Below, piece by piece: positions 36,160-50,004 of a stretch of 64,000 nt of DNA. This stretch comes from the human T2T-CHM13v2.0 reference genome, Homo sapiens. Location: the NCBI RefSeq assembly GCF_009914755.1, contig NC_060929.1, one strand, 5' to 3'. The position numbers and the translations under genes are program-made. Numbering within the stretch: the stretch's first letter is position 1; each line of letters begins with the position of its first letter. The notes below the pieces were generated by a model. It saw only the letters and a list, made by a program, of their open reading frames with translations. It ran no database searches and was not told the DNA's origin.

Positions 36160-36540
36160 CCATTTTATTTAATTGTAGTAAAATAATACATAAAATTGCC
36201 ATTTTCACCATCTTTAAGTGTCCGACGGACGAACCGCATTCCCACAGCTGTGCGTCCACCTTCACCACCGGTCTCCAGAGTCCTCCCAAACTGAAGGCCT
36301 CTCCCCAGCCTGGCACCTGCCATTCTGCGTTCGGTCTCTACAGATCTGGGAACTCCAGGGACCTCCCAGGAGAGGATCAGACAGGGCCCCGCGGCATGAC
36401 GTCCACACAGCTCCTTGGTGCTGTAGCCCGTGCCAGCATCTCTTTCATTTTCTCGGCTGTCGAGTGTCCACTGTCTGGACGGGCACGTTTTGTTCACCCA
36501 CTCATGTGCTGATGGACACGAGGGTTGCTATTCCCCCTAT
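36160..36540 (-). mobile_element. L1MB-type 3' end fragment
   Basis: ACATAAAATTGCCATTTTCACCATCTTTAAGTG...TTTTGTTCACCCACTCAT...GATGGACAC matches an antisense L1MB 3' UTR; homologous to 59585-59860. Confidence 0.75.
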
Positions 36541-38039
36541 GTAGTGATGGGTAACAACTTCAAAGGTATGTATCTAAGTAAAAATGAAAATGTGTAAAAT
36601 GTGTGAAGCGCCCCACGTGCGCACGCACAAGCCCTCTGGGAGGAGCTGGGGGCGTCGCCCTGGCTGCCTGGGGGCGCGGGGCCTGACCTTCTGCCTACGC
36701 TCCTCTGTCCTGTTACCTGGGGTGGCTACGCCAGCATCATCTGGCCAAAAATACCTCCTAATCGTTCTGGCTGAGCCGCTGCCACTGCCACTGCCCAAGA
36801 TAAGCAGGGCACGCTCGGGCTCCCGGCAGTGATTTCTGTCCTATTTTTACACTTGGCTCAGATAAGGTCTCGGGTGGCCTGTGCCCAAGGTCACTCTGTG
36901 GGGCCCCAGGGAGGCAGTGGCTTGCCCTGGGTCCACATTCCCTCTGGGGAAGTGGGTTCTGGGAGCCGCATAGAGAGGCATGCTGGGCGTGCAGAGCAGG
37001 AGTGGTCGCAGGGACCCCGGCTCCGAGGAGGGGAGGGGGCCACTCCTGGGCCCTTGAACCCTTGGGTCCCAGCACCTGCAAGCACAGCCCTGCCAGGTAA
37101 CACCACCAACTCCTGGAGGCGCACTAGAGCTCACATCTAGGGTTCCTGGCAAAAGAACCCCCAGATAAATGAGTTAAGCTGTCTAGCCTCCTCCCTGCCA
37201 AAGACCCCCAGATAAATGAATAAAGCTGCCCAGCCTGGCCCCGCCGGCCCACTGAGGGGTAGCAGCTCAGCAAGGCAATGAGGCCGGCCAGAGACCGCCG
37301 CACAGAAGTGGGCGTTCCCCGCTGAGGGGCCGGGGGCCGCGGTCAGCTTCTCTGAGTGTCCTGGTCTTGGAGGACACACGTCACGTGTGTTGGCCAAGGA
37401 GCCGGGATCGGGGCCTCCATCAAACAGTGTTGCAAACTGGTAGGGCATATCCTGAAGGTTTAAGCTTCAAATTTTGCTTGGCAAACTGAACCCAAATCCA
37501 CCTCTCTTTCTTGACTTTCTTCGTTTGTTTCATTAAGAGAAGAGAGAAGAGGAAACATGTTTGAGTAACAGTTTCTGAGATAACTCTCTTGGTCTAATTG
37601 CCTCATTGAAACCTTAAATATTTGGCTTGCATCACGAGGTCAGGCCAATACGCTACTAAATTCATCGCTCTCAGTGGAGAATGACTTATCTGTGCAAATA
37701 CCACAAGTCATCAATTTCTATTTTCTCAGGGTGATAAGTTAAAAATACATTTAAAAAATAAGCTTTGATTGCTTTTGAAGGACAGCAACCTCCATGGACC
37801 TCGCAATGCAAAACCCACAGCTGACAGCAGGTCAATCTGCTCCAACAACTAGCAACAGCTAGATTCGTCCTCAGGGACCCACTTCACAGGCCAGAGATCT
37901 TCAGCATAGAGATCAGCGCCCACAAGCCAAGAGAAAAGTCTTTCAAAGACCACCTAATCCCTCACTGTTTTCGAGGAGAAAAGGAATGCACATTTAAAAA
38001 ACAAAAACCAAAAAGATTTGCAGCTCCAGCGCCTGGTCA

Positions 38040-38790
38040 TGAGGAAGTAGCTGCGTGCAGTGGTCAAAGAAAACACAGAGGACAGAAGACCATGGGAGGG
38101 TGCTTCCAAAGTACAGAGAAACAGCTGCAGCCTCGACCTCTGCGCCAGCAAACACTGTCTTCAAAAATGAAGGCAAAATCAAGACATTTCCAGACCAACG
38201 AAAACTGTGAGGATTTATCCCAAGTGGAAGGAAAATGGTTCCTGATGGAAACACCGAAATCCAGAGCTCAGAGAACACGGACTGGCGGGGCAGGCGGCAG
38301 AGCCTTGCGGCGCTGGACACATTGAACACTCAGCGCCCAGCACAGGGGAGGGAGGCCCTGGAGTCCCTGATCGCAGCAGACCTGGACCATCAAGGGCATC
38401 TGTGCAGGGCAGACACTGGGGCGACGACCGTGAGAACAGCAGAACACACAGCTAGCAAGCGAACACAGGGAGAAAACGGAGTAATAAAAAAAGTGTTTAA
38501 TCCAAAATAATCAAAAGAAAAGACACCAGTGCTTGCACTAACCGGAGCGAGGCGGCCGGCCAGACCTCAAATCTCACACCCTGATGACGCCCCGCTTCAG
38601 CAAAATCCAGAGAACTGGAGGAGAAACAGACACTACTCCAGGGAACAGCTAGAGATTTCAAGACACCTCGCCCCATAACTGGTAAAACAAATCACTGGAG
38701 AGAAAGAAGATTTGAACAACCCATAAGCAAGACTGACCTAATTAATGGTCAGCTATGTGGAAATGCACCCAGCCACTGCCCGGCCCCTAC
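38040..38790 (+). mobile_element. Old L1M ORF1 C-terminal and ORF2 endonuclease relics
   Basis: TCTTCAAAAATGAAGGCAAAATCAAGACATTT (SFKNEG.IKTF of ORF1p); AGAGATTTCAAGACACCTC and GAAGATTTGAACAAC (GDFNTPL / EDLN of ORF2p). Confidence 0.65.
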
Positions 38791-38958
38791 TCCACACCAC
38801 AGGGTTGAGAGAGGAGCTCTGACAGCTGGGAATGGAGCACAGAGCAGCTGTGGAAAGATAATGGAAAATCCCCCGGGGCCTGGGAACTGCAGCACATGGA
38901 GAAACCCACGTGCTGAAGAGTGAGCCGTGATCGGAATGAGATAATGTTTTAAACGAAA

Positions 38959-38985
38959 GTGTGTGTGTGTGTGTGTGTGTGTGTG
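38959..38985. repeat. (GT)13 microsatellite
   Basis: Direct read. Confidence 0.95.
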
Positions 38986-39332
38986 AATTCTTTTTAATTC
39001 TAAGACTTTCATACAGAAACATCACTTCATGGGTAAAAGCAAGTAAAGTCAAACGGCACACTTTTTAAGTTTATTTTAGTATTTTTATGCTGAATAGTGC
39101 ATAATAATGGTATTTTAGTATTTTCATTGAATCTGCAGGCGTGTCAACATGTTAGAAATTGTACTGCGGAAAATGTCACTGCTCTCCAAACTCCAAAACA
39201 GTGGTTTTGGAAAGTTTATCTAGGGTGGGAGACTATTCTAATTTATTTATAACTTTGACTAATTGGATCCCAATTACTTTGTATAAATGGTAAAATTTGA
39301 AATATATCAAACATGGTTAAAATGTCTACCTG

Positions 39333-39633
39333 GGCCGGGCACAGTGGCTCATGCCTGTAATCCCAGCATTTTGGGAGGCCGAGGCGAGCAGATCACCTGA
39401 GGCCAGGAGTTTGAGATCAGCCTGGCCCACATGGTGAAACCCCATCTCTACTAAATATACACAAATTAGCCAGGCATGGTGGCATGTGCCTGTAATCCCA
39501 GCTACTCAGGAGACTGAGACAGGAGAATCACTTGAACCTGGGAGGCGGAAGTTGCAGGGAGCTGAGATCACATCACTGCACTCTAGCCTGACAACAGTGC
39601 CAGGCCCTGCCTCAAAAAAAAAAAAAAAAAAAA
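39333..39633 (+). mobile_element. Alu (AluS-type)
   Basis: Two arms and an A20 tail. Confidence 0.96.
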
Positions 39634-39777
39634 GTCTGTCTGCTTGCATTGTTATATCTTCATTAATTTAATTGTTAATGTTTCCAAAAAGTCACTCATG
39701 TTATTAAGCTAATTCTTAGCAATATACACATAGTATATTTACACAATATTAACCCATGAATTCATCTATTCTTTTTA

Positions 39778-40078
<301 letters not shown>

Positions 40079-40149
40079 CCTACCTATTCTTTTTAATGTT
40101 TAATATAATTGAGATGTTACTCACTTTTTAAAACATTTTAAATTGTTTA

Positions 40150-40441
40150 GTTTTTTTCTTCTGATTTGTTTTTGGTTTTTGTTTTGTGTTTTAAGTTTCA
40201 GAGGTACATATTCACGTTTATTACACAAGTAAATTTGTGTCATGGGGTTTGTTGTACAGATTATTTCATTACTCAGGTATTAAACCTAGTACCCATTAGT
40301 TATCTTTCCTGATCCTTCCCCTCCTCCCACTCTCTGCCCTCAAGTGGGCCCCAGGCTGTGTTGTTTCCCTCTATGTGTCCATGCGTTCTCATCGTTTAGC
40401 TCCCACTTATAAGTGAGAACATGCTGTATTTAGTTTTCTGT
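40150..40441 (-). mobile_element. L1PA (older primate L1) 3' end, 5'-truncated
   Basis: TTGTACAGATTATTTCAT...CAGGTATTAA...GCTCCCACTTATAAGTGAGAACATG is the antisense L1PA 3' UTR. Confidence 0.85.
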
Positions 40442-40549
40442 CGAACTAAATTATAATGAAAATACAACCTATCGAAACCATAAGATGCAGCTGAAACCGT
40501 GCTTAAGGGACGAGTCACCACTGTAGATCCTGCAAAAGTATAAAGGTAG

Positions 40550-41285
<736 letters not shown>

Positions 41286-41319
41286 TACAAATACCACAGA
41301 TAACTCTGTGATAACGATC

Positions 41320-41545
41320 TTGTAAATGGAGATAAAATAGACACATTCTCCAAAATCCATACAAAAAGAAACAGAAGCTCTGAATAGTACTATGTCTCAT
41401 GAAGAAATTAAATCCTTGATTTAACTTTGCCCCCCTCCTGCACATAAAACCTTCAGGGCCACACAGACTCACTGGTAAACTTTTCCAAACACTGAAGGAA
41501 GAAATAATACCAGTTACATTGAAGTCTTTCAGAGAATTTTAAAAA
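41320..41545 (+). mobile_element. L1M ORF2 relic
   Basis: CAGGGCCACACAGACTCACTGGTAAACTTTTCCAAACACTGAAGGAAGAAATAATACCA resembles [20 protein letters not shown]. Confidence 0.7.
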
Positions 41546-44207
41546 AGAAGTAATTTTGCACATCTCCTGTTATCAAATTAGCACTTGTCATCAAGGAAGG
41601 GAAGATAAAGCACGAGGAGATGCCCACACCCCAGGAAAGTGTCCCAAGAGTGGCTCAGATTCTCCAGGGCTGCGACGTCCTGGTTTTCATCTGGGGGTGG
41701 TGACAGGCGCGTGATCTCTGGTTATTCCAGAAGCAGTGAATGTAGGATGTGTGTCATTTAGCTTCTCACGCCATGCACTGGGGCAAGTTCACTGAGGAAA
41801 CAGATCTCATCCTTAAGGCAGGCTGGGAGTGGGCGTGGCTGGGAGGTGGGTGCCTGAGGAACACTCTCGCCCCTTCCCCTGCACCTGTGGTCTCAACCTG
41901 GCGGGAAGTCCGCTCCAGCTCCTGTGGGACCAGGGTTGCTGGATCCAAGTTGCCAGGTAAACTCCCGCTGATCTGCAGCACAAGAGCCAAATCCCAGGAC
42001 GAGCTCTCACGGAGCAGTCAGGCCCAGTGGAAACTGGTGGCCTCGCTCCAGGAAATGAAGCCAGACTCAGACAAACAAAAGCCACCAGCAATGCATGGAG
42101 GCAGGATGGGACATCTCACGCGGACCCAGTGACCCTGGAGCATGCCTGGGTACAGATGGAGCCCCCAACAGGGGTTTCCTTCCTCATGTGGTTGATGGAA
42201 GGTTCTAGAATTCATCTTCTCATAGGGAGGAAAAGTGCTGCCCAGCCCCCAACACTCTGAGACCTCTGGGGCTCAGTAAATATTTGATAAACAACAGGCT
42301 CAGCAGGTGCGGTGGCTAGTGAGACTGGTACAGACCAGGTGGCCCATGGGTATTGGGTCTGCCCTGTGACCACCAGTCCTGACAGGCTGCAGCGGAGCAT
42401 GTGTGCACGTGTGTGCATGTATGTGTGCGTGTGTGTGTGCATGCGTGCACACCAATGGGAGTGGCCCCAAGTGCCTGCCTGGTCTCTACACGGCTTCCAG
42501 CCTTTTCCTAGAATGGATCACATGTTTGCATACACACATATGTGCACACACATGCAGAAACCAGACCCACTCCCACCATCCACCCACACAAGCTGGACCC
42601 TCAGTCACGCGGCTCCCTGCCACGTGCTCCATCCCCATGTGCGTCCAACACACCTGCCAGCTCTGCTTTCAGCTTTCCCTGATGGCCAAGCATACCCCGC
42701 TGCCCCTGCAAGGCTTGGGAGCACTCCTGGGATCCCCTGCAAGGCTTGGGAGCACCCCTGGGATCCCAAGTCTGATGGCCTCTAGAAGTCCCTCTCCTCA
42801 AACCTCGGTCACAGCTGCTGCCTAGGGCCTGCCAGGCCAGGGGGACAGCCACGTCTCTCCTAGACACACGAGGACACCCCTCCAAGAGGCCTCCCTCAGC
42901 CAGCCGCCACTGCTGCCGGCCCCTCTGTGCATCCCCAAGGGCTGAGCTGTTGCAGGGTACAACGCCTCCTGGCTCCAAGTGAAAGTCGGAGGTGGGCAGG
43001 ACGTTCAGGTAACACCCCCACCTCCGAAGTCCAGTCTCACAGAGCCTTAGCAGCCACCCAAGGCAAGGAGGTGGCCATGGGCCACCAGGAGTGTCCCGAG
43101 CATCCCAGGCCCACAAGGGCCAGAGAAAGTTCCGGGCTTCCCCTAGCGTAAGGGACAGAACCAGGCGCCCTCCCCTCCTGGCCCCCTCAGCTTTCCTGTG
43201 ACGCCCAGGACCAGGACCAGGACCAGGGAAACCACAGCGTCCCAGGCGACAGGGTGGAGGGCGGCTCCAGGAGCCCAGCTGGGGCATCGGCCAACCCCCG
43301 AGAGACACACTTGCTCAGGCATCCCTGGCAAGGTTTCCAAAGCCCTCACGCGGATGAACACGGGAACACCTGGGGCACCCACTGTTTCACGGAAAAAGTC
43401 ACAGGGGTCACCCTGATGGGATGTAATTTCTGGATATGATTAAACAGGAAGAAAAGATCCCGGCTGAGATTACCGTTCAGAAGCACCTTGGAGCCGGGCT
43501 CTCGACACTGCTGACCCGAAACCTGGTGATTCAAGAGGAAAAGAACGCCCTGCTGCCGTCAGAGCTGGAAACTGCACAGCCCATTGTGTCCTGGGCGTGA
43601 AGCCATCACCTGACTCCCAGGTGAGGAGCCAGAGGGTCAGGGGTCAGAGCTCAAGGGACGCCCTGGCCAGCTGGGGCAGTCAAAGCTACCTCTGCTTCTT
43701 CCCCTGAAAGAGGAAGTTTAGATACCCAAGAAGTTTTGATATCTCCTCCACGACTTTACTTCTGGATGTGGTTCAGAAAAATCTGCGGAAAATCACCCAG
43801 AATTGCACCCGTTTGGTTTACAGGAGTATTAGCTGTGGGGGCCCCTTTTCCACCACCCCCATCAAGCAGCCTCCCGGGCAGCCCAGGACCCTCCAGAATC
43901 TTCCAGAAGCCGCACCACTCGCTTCAGTCGTAACCTGCAGGACCCCACCGGGCGAGGCTGGCTGGGAGGAGGCACTCTCAGGACAAGGGACCTGGGCAGG
44001 CACCTCCTGTCTCCGCTCAACACCCAGCGAGGACAGGAGGACCCAGGGTGCACCTGCATCTGCGTCTGGGCAGAGGAGCAAAGACCTGGCCTTCCCAGAG
44101 CTTGAGCTGTGGGAGGAAGAGAGGCTGAATGAAAGCCCCGCCCCCACCCCACCCCAGGAGAGGCCACCTGGGGCCTCCCACAGCCCTGCCCACGGCTGCA
44201 CACGCGT

Positions 44208-44310
44208 GTCCCCTCACCTCCTTAGCCAGGGCGGCTGCCCGCGCAGGTCCCCTCACCTCCTTAGCCAGGGCGGCTGCCCGCGCAGGTCCCCTCACCTCCT
44301 TAGCCAGGGT
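44208..44310. repeat. 39-bp tandem repeat, ~2.6 copies (GTCCCCTCACCTCCTTAGCCAGGGCGGCTGCCCGCGCAG)
   Basis: Direct read; copies identical. Confidence 0.93.
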
Positions 44311-44820
44311 GGGGGCAGCAGGGAGGGAGGGCGTGCTGCATTCTTCCCTGGGCCTGCAGGTGCACCTGTGCCTGCCCAGAGGGAGCAGCGGGAGCTTCCA
44401 GCAGACACACCTGGACAGGTGCACAGAGCTCCTGCCAGGGAAACCCAGCACAGACGCAGGTGGGCGGGTGGTGGGAGGGTGGCAGAAGCGGAAAGAGGAG
44501 GAGGCTGAGCTCAGCACAGCCCATGCAGTCTCCTTCCGGCCAAGGGGAGCGGCTGGGCCAGTCTGAGCCGGGAGGCAGCTCAGGGAGTAAGCCCTGGGGA
44601 CAACATTGGAGTAGCACAGGGTTCCCTGACAGAACCTCACGTCGGAGGGTGGTCTGAGGGCTGCTGGGGGCCCACCTAGGAGATGGGGTCCCAGGACACA
44701 GAACAGGGAGGGGGTGGTGTTTCCAGGGTGAGGCCTGGGGGAGGGTAGCAAGGCCTGGACTAGGAGATGGAGGCCTAATCAAAGCAAAACAGAGACTCAG
44801 AGCTCAGCGCCTGTATTCGC

Positions 44821-44940
44821 AGGGACACACAGGGACTCACAGGGACGTCCCGGATCGCTAGGGGACTCACGGGGACACGTGGGGACACGCTCGGACTCAC
44901 GGGGACTTGCAGGGGCCCATGGGGATGTGCAGGGACACCG
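44821..44940. repeat. Degenerate 10-bp repeat, 12 units in strict register (RGGGACWCAC)
   Basis: AGGGACACAC AGGGACTCAC AGGGACGTCC ... GGGGACTCAC GGGGACACGT ... AGGGACACCG. Confidence 0.8.
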
Positions 44941-45606
44941 TCCCTCCCGGCCGTCCTGCTCCTTGCCAAGAGTCACCCAGAGGCTGGGGCCTGGCACCAC
45001 TTGCAGACAGGGGCATTCCTGGGCCCCTCCTTTTGGCACCTCAGCCTCAGCAGCTGCTGAAGGGTGTGGGGGAGGGAGCCGGTATTGGTGCAACAGGCAG
45101 ATGGTTCCAGAAACTCAGGATTCTACACAATCCTAGCACCTGAGGCACAGTCCTGCACGGCCGCCACGCTGTCGGAAGCAGGCACCGGCCCTGGTGGTCA
45201 ACACAAGCCCTGAGGACCTCCCAGAGGGCATGCTCCGGGCAACCTGCCAGGACCACCTCTCCTGCCTGGTGTTGGGGGCCTCACCTGACCTCTCCGGGTC
45301 CCTAACCAGGCGCTAGGGCTGCCTCCCTTGGGGCCCCCAGAATCCACCCTGGAACGGCTGCTGGGACTGAGACCCTGAGTCAGGCCAATCCCCAGAGCCT
45401 TGCCTAGCCATGGCTTGTCTGGGGTGGGTTCCCAGATCCTCGTCCAGGACACGGGAAAGGGGCTCCTTTTGTGGCCTGTGCTGTGGAAGGGCTCAGTAAG
45501 CAAGGTGATCCTCCTGGGAGGTAGGGCAATGCCTGCCAGGAGCAGCTTCCCAGGTGGGGCCCAGCGCCCTGGCTGTGTACACGGCAAAGCTCACTGCCCC
45601 TGGTTC

Positions 45607-46222
45607 TGTCAGGGGCGTTTGAACCAGAGTGACTCCATCTTGAACAGGGGCTGGGTCTGATGAGGCTGAGGCCTGCTGCGCTGCATTCCCAGGAGCTTAG
45701 GGATTCTCAGTCACAAGGTGAGACGGGACGACCGCGCAAGAGGCAGGTCGTTAAAACCTTATTAATAAAACAAGTTGTGGTCAGGAAGCCATCCAATACC
45801 CAGTACCCACCAAAACCAAGGCGGCATGAAAGTGACCTCTGGTTGTCCTCACTGCTCATTACACGCTAATTCGAATGCATTAGCATCTAAGAGACACTCC
45901 TACCAGCACGGTGGCAGTTTACAGAGGCCACGGCAACGTCGGGAAGCTACCCTCTATGGCCTAAAAAGGGGAGGAGCCCACAGTTCTGGGAATTTTGCAC
46001 CCCTTTCCTGGAAAATTCATGAAAAATCCACCCCTTGTTCAGCGCATAATGAAGAAGTAACAGTAAGTGTCCTTGGTCGGGGAGCCATTCTTCATCCCTT
46101 CACTTTCTTAATAAACTTACTTTCACTTTATACTCTATGGACTCACCTCCAATTCTTTCTTGTGTGAGGTCCAAGAACCTTCTCTTGGGGGTCGTCTGGA
46201 TTGGGGCCCCTTTCTGGTAACA
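45607..46222 (+). mobile_element. MER41B-type ERV1 solo LTR (616 bp)
   Basis: TGTCAGGGGCGTTTGAACCAGAG...CTCCATCTTGAA start, TTTCTGGTAACA end; perfect 4-bp TSD GTTC at 45603-45606 and 46223-46226. Confidence 0.92.
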
Positions 46223-46506
46223 GTTCTTTTTTCTTTTCTTTTTTGAACTAACACCCGGGCTGTTTTCTGTCCCTTCCCTTCCAGGGGGCCCTGACTCATG
46301 AAGAACCCTTGCCTGCCTTCTGGACCATTCCAGGGCCAGCTTTCCCCCTCAGCTTCCTGAGATCATCCTAATGTCCCCAGAACATCTCCTTGGCGTGCTC
46401 CGGCCCCTCCTAAGAGGCGTGTGCCCAGCTTGCTTCCCTCTGGAGCCTTGGGGCCAGCACCGCCTCCCAAGAACTGCACTGCAGTGTCCATGGCCAAAGG
46501 ACCTGG

Positions 46507-46975
46507 TAGGGCTGCCGGATAAGACACGGGCACTCGGCCCAGCACAAATTTCAGATAAATGATGAATTTTATTTTGATGTAGTGTGACCCAAATATTGCT
46601 TCTACTAAGAATTTATTTTTGAGACAGTCTCGCTCTGTCATCTAGGCTGGGGTGCAGGGGCGTGATCTTGGATCTTGGCTCACTGCAACCTCTGCCTCCT
46701 GGGTTCAAGTGATTCTCCTGCCTCAACCTCCCAAGTAGCTGGGATTACAGGCGTGCGTCACCACACACAGCTAATTTTTGTATTTTTGGTAGACGGAGTT
46801 TCACCATGTTGGCCAGGCTGGTCTCGAACTCCCAACTTCAAGTGATCTGCCAGGCTTGGCTTCCCAAAGTGCTGAGATTACAGACATGAGCCACCGCACC
46901 CAGCTGCTTCTACTAAGAATTATTTGTGTTAGTTTGAAACAAATTTAACCAGGCGCCCTGCGCTGGGCTAATGGC
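46507..46975. mobile_element. MER53-like palindromic DNA transposon (MITE), split by an Alu
   Basis: AGGGCTGCCGGATAA...AATTTCAGATAAA on the left; TTTGAAACAAATTTAACCAGGCGCCCTG on the right. Confidence 0.6.
46614..46904 (-). mobile_element. Alu (AluS-type)
   Basis: 17-bp TSD TGCTTCTACTAAGAATT at 46597-46613 and 46905-46921. Confidence 0.96.
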
Positions 46976-47861
46976 TGGGAGTCGCACATGTGGGCAAGAG
47001 CTCCCCCCAACCCCCCGACCTCCTCAGGATCTTCAGACCCCAGCTTGAATCCCGTCAGCCCCACCTCCTCCAGGAGTGGAGGATTTTCAAATGCACACAG
47101 CTCCCTGGAAACCCTGCCCTGCTGGTCCTGGGGGAGAGGGCTGGGTGAGGTGGGGGCAGAGCCATGAGGTGCCTGTTCTTTCCGTCGACAGGACTTAAGG
47201 CAAGAGATGCGAGGGGGACCCCACACAGTGCTGTCTGGGGTTGACTGTGGGTGGAGAGAACAATCCCAAATACTGGTAGGCCGCTGTGGCTGCTGCTGAC
47301 GCTGACGCTTGCTGGCCGGCATGCTTGCTGGGTGTCATCCCAAAGCACTGTCAGAGACGGGAGGCTGGACGTGCGCCCCTCGGTGAGAACTTCCTCTATG
47401 TGTGGAGTTTCGGGGTATGAACATCTGCTGCTGAATCTCAGAGGCTGAGGTTGGGGGCAGCTCAGGAACCCCCTGGGGTTCTCAGACCCTGTAAATAGCT
47501 TTCCCAGTAATCCCAGGGGAGCCAAGTTATTTCCCTGACCAACCGAGGCAGCAACACCAGAGAGGGTTGTGTGGAGCTGCAGCTGGAGGTGGGGGTGGGC
47601 TCTTGTTCTAACCGCTGCATGGCCTTCCTCCCTGAACTTTCCAGCACGTACACCATGGAGAGAGGGAGCTTGATTGTGCCCACAAGCCTGCTCAGCCCAG
47701 CTAGTCTCCCTGGCCCACCACAGACCCACCCCAGACAGCCAGAGCCTAGTACAAGCCCAGCCTCCCCTTTAAAAGCCTCCCGGCTGATTCTCATGTTGTG
47801 AGAGAACTGGGTGGCTCTCCCAGCTCCAGCTCTGCAATTCTGGGACAGCTACGTGTTTCTA

Positions 47862-48171
<310 letters not shown>

Positions 48172-48174
48172 TTT

Positions 48175-48535
48175 GAACACCCATGAAGACGGCTACTATC
48201 AAAACAGGAGAAAATGAATGCTGTAAGAATGTGAAAATACGGGGCCCTTGTCTTCTACCGGTGGGAGTGTAAATTGGTACAGTCCATACGGAAACAGAAC
48301 GGCAGTTCCTGAAAAAGTTAATAGAATGACCCTCTGACCCAGCAATTTCACTTCTGCACGTGCTATAAAGAACTGAAAGCAGGGACTCGAACAGATATTT
48401 GCACACCCGTGATTAGAGCAGCACTACCCACAACAGCCAGGTGGCAGAATCAGCCCGAGAGGTGGTGAGCAGATAAAGCCATGAACAAAACAAGTCGGTC
48501 CACACAGCGGGATGTTGTTCCACCTTAAAAAAGAA
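48175..48535 (+). mobile_element. L1MB-type ORF2 end / 3' UTR fragment
   Basis: GGTGGGAGTGTAAATTGGTACAG, GACCCAGCAATTTCACTTCTG, AAGAACTGAAAGCAGGGACTCGAACAGATATTTGCACACCC. Confidence 0.8.
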
Positions 48536-48541
48536 GGGCAC

Positions 48542-49163
<622 letters not shown>

Positions 49164-50004
49164 TCACCTGCGGCCCTCGTCCCCAGCCCTGCTGCCCCGG
49201 GATCCAGGGTGGCCATGGAGATACATGATGCTGGTCCCAGGGTTGAAGTCGCCACAGGGGTACAAAGACAGCTCCAAAACAAGTCTAGGGCGGTGCTTAC
49301 CCCTAGTGCCATTTCTGTAAGTGTGAACATGTGCAAAGTGATGCCACACGCAGCTTCAGGTGCGTGCATGAGTGGTGACAGTGTGACGATATTCCTGGAA
49401 AGACAAACATCCCATTCAGGGTTTACTGAAGGCTCAGCTTAAGTCCCTCGCCCTGGTAAGGGCAGGAACACACCAGGTCTCTTGCAGAGGAGTGCAGTTT
49501 CACAGCTGGTGGGTTTTCCAAAAATATCTTCAAGAGTTTGACAAACAGTGCCAGCTTGGACTGCACCATCCCCACATCCAAAACGCACTCCCCGTTTCCC
49601 TCAACCTCCCTGCTCATCCTGTAAGTTTCCCACAGAAATGGTGGCCTCGTCGGCCCTGCGGGGTGCAGGGGTAAGCAGCACACCATCTCCAGGCCTGGCT
49701 CGGGTCCAGAGGACACGGATGCACATTGCCCCTTGATTCATGCTGAGATTCCCATGTTTAAGCAAACAGCTGCTGATGAGAAGGTTCAGAGGCCATGGAA
49801 GAGGAGACTGCGGAGAGGCCACAGGAGGAGGGAGAATCGTGGCCGTCTCTGCTCCTGCAGGCACTGCTGTGCGGCTTTGTCCTCCCAAGGAACCATCCGT
49901 GCAATAGAGGGAAACACTCCACTGTCCCTCCAACCCAGCTCCGAGAAATCACGACTCCTCCTGACACCCACCAAGACATGAGACACGACTGACACACAGA
50001 CATG

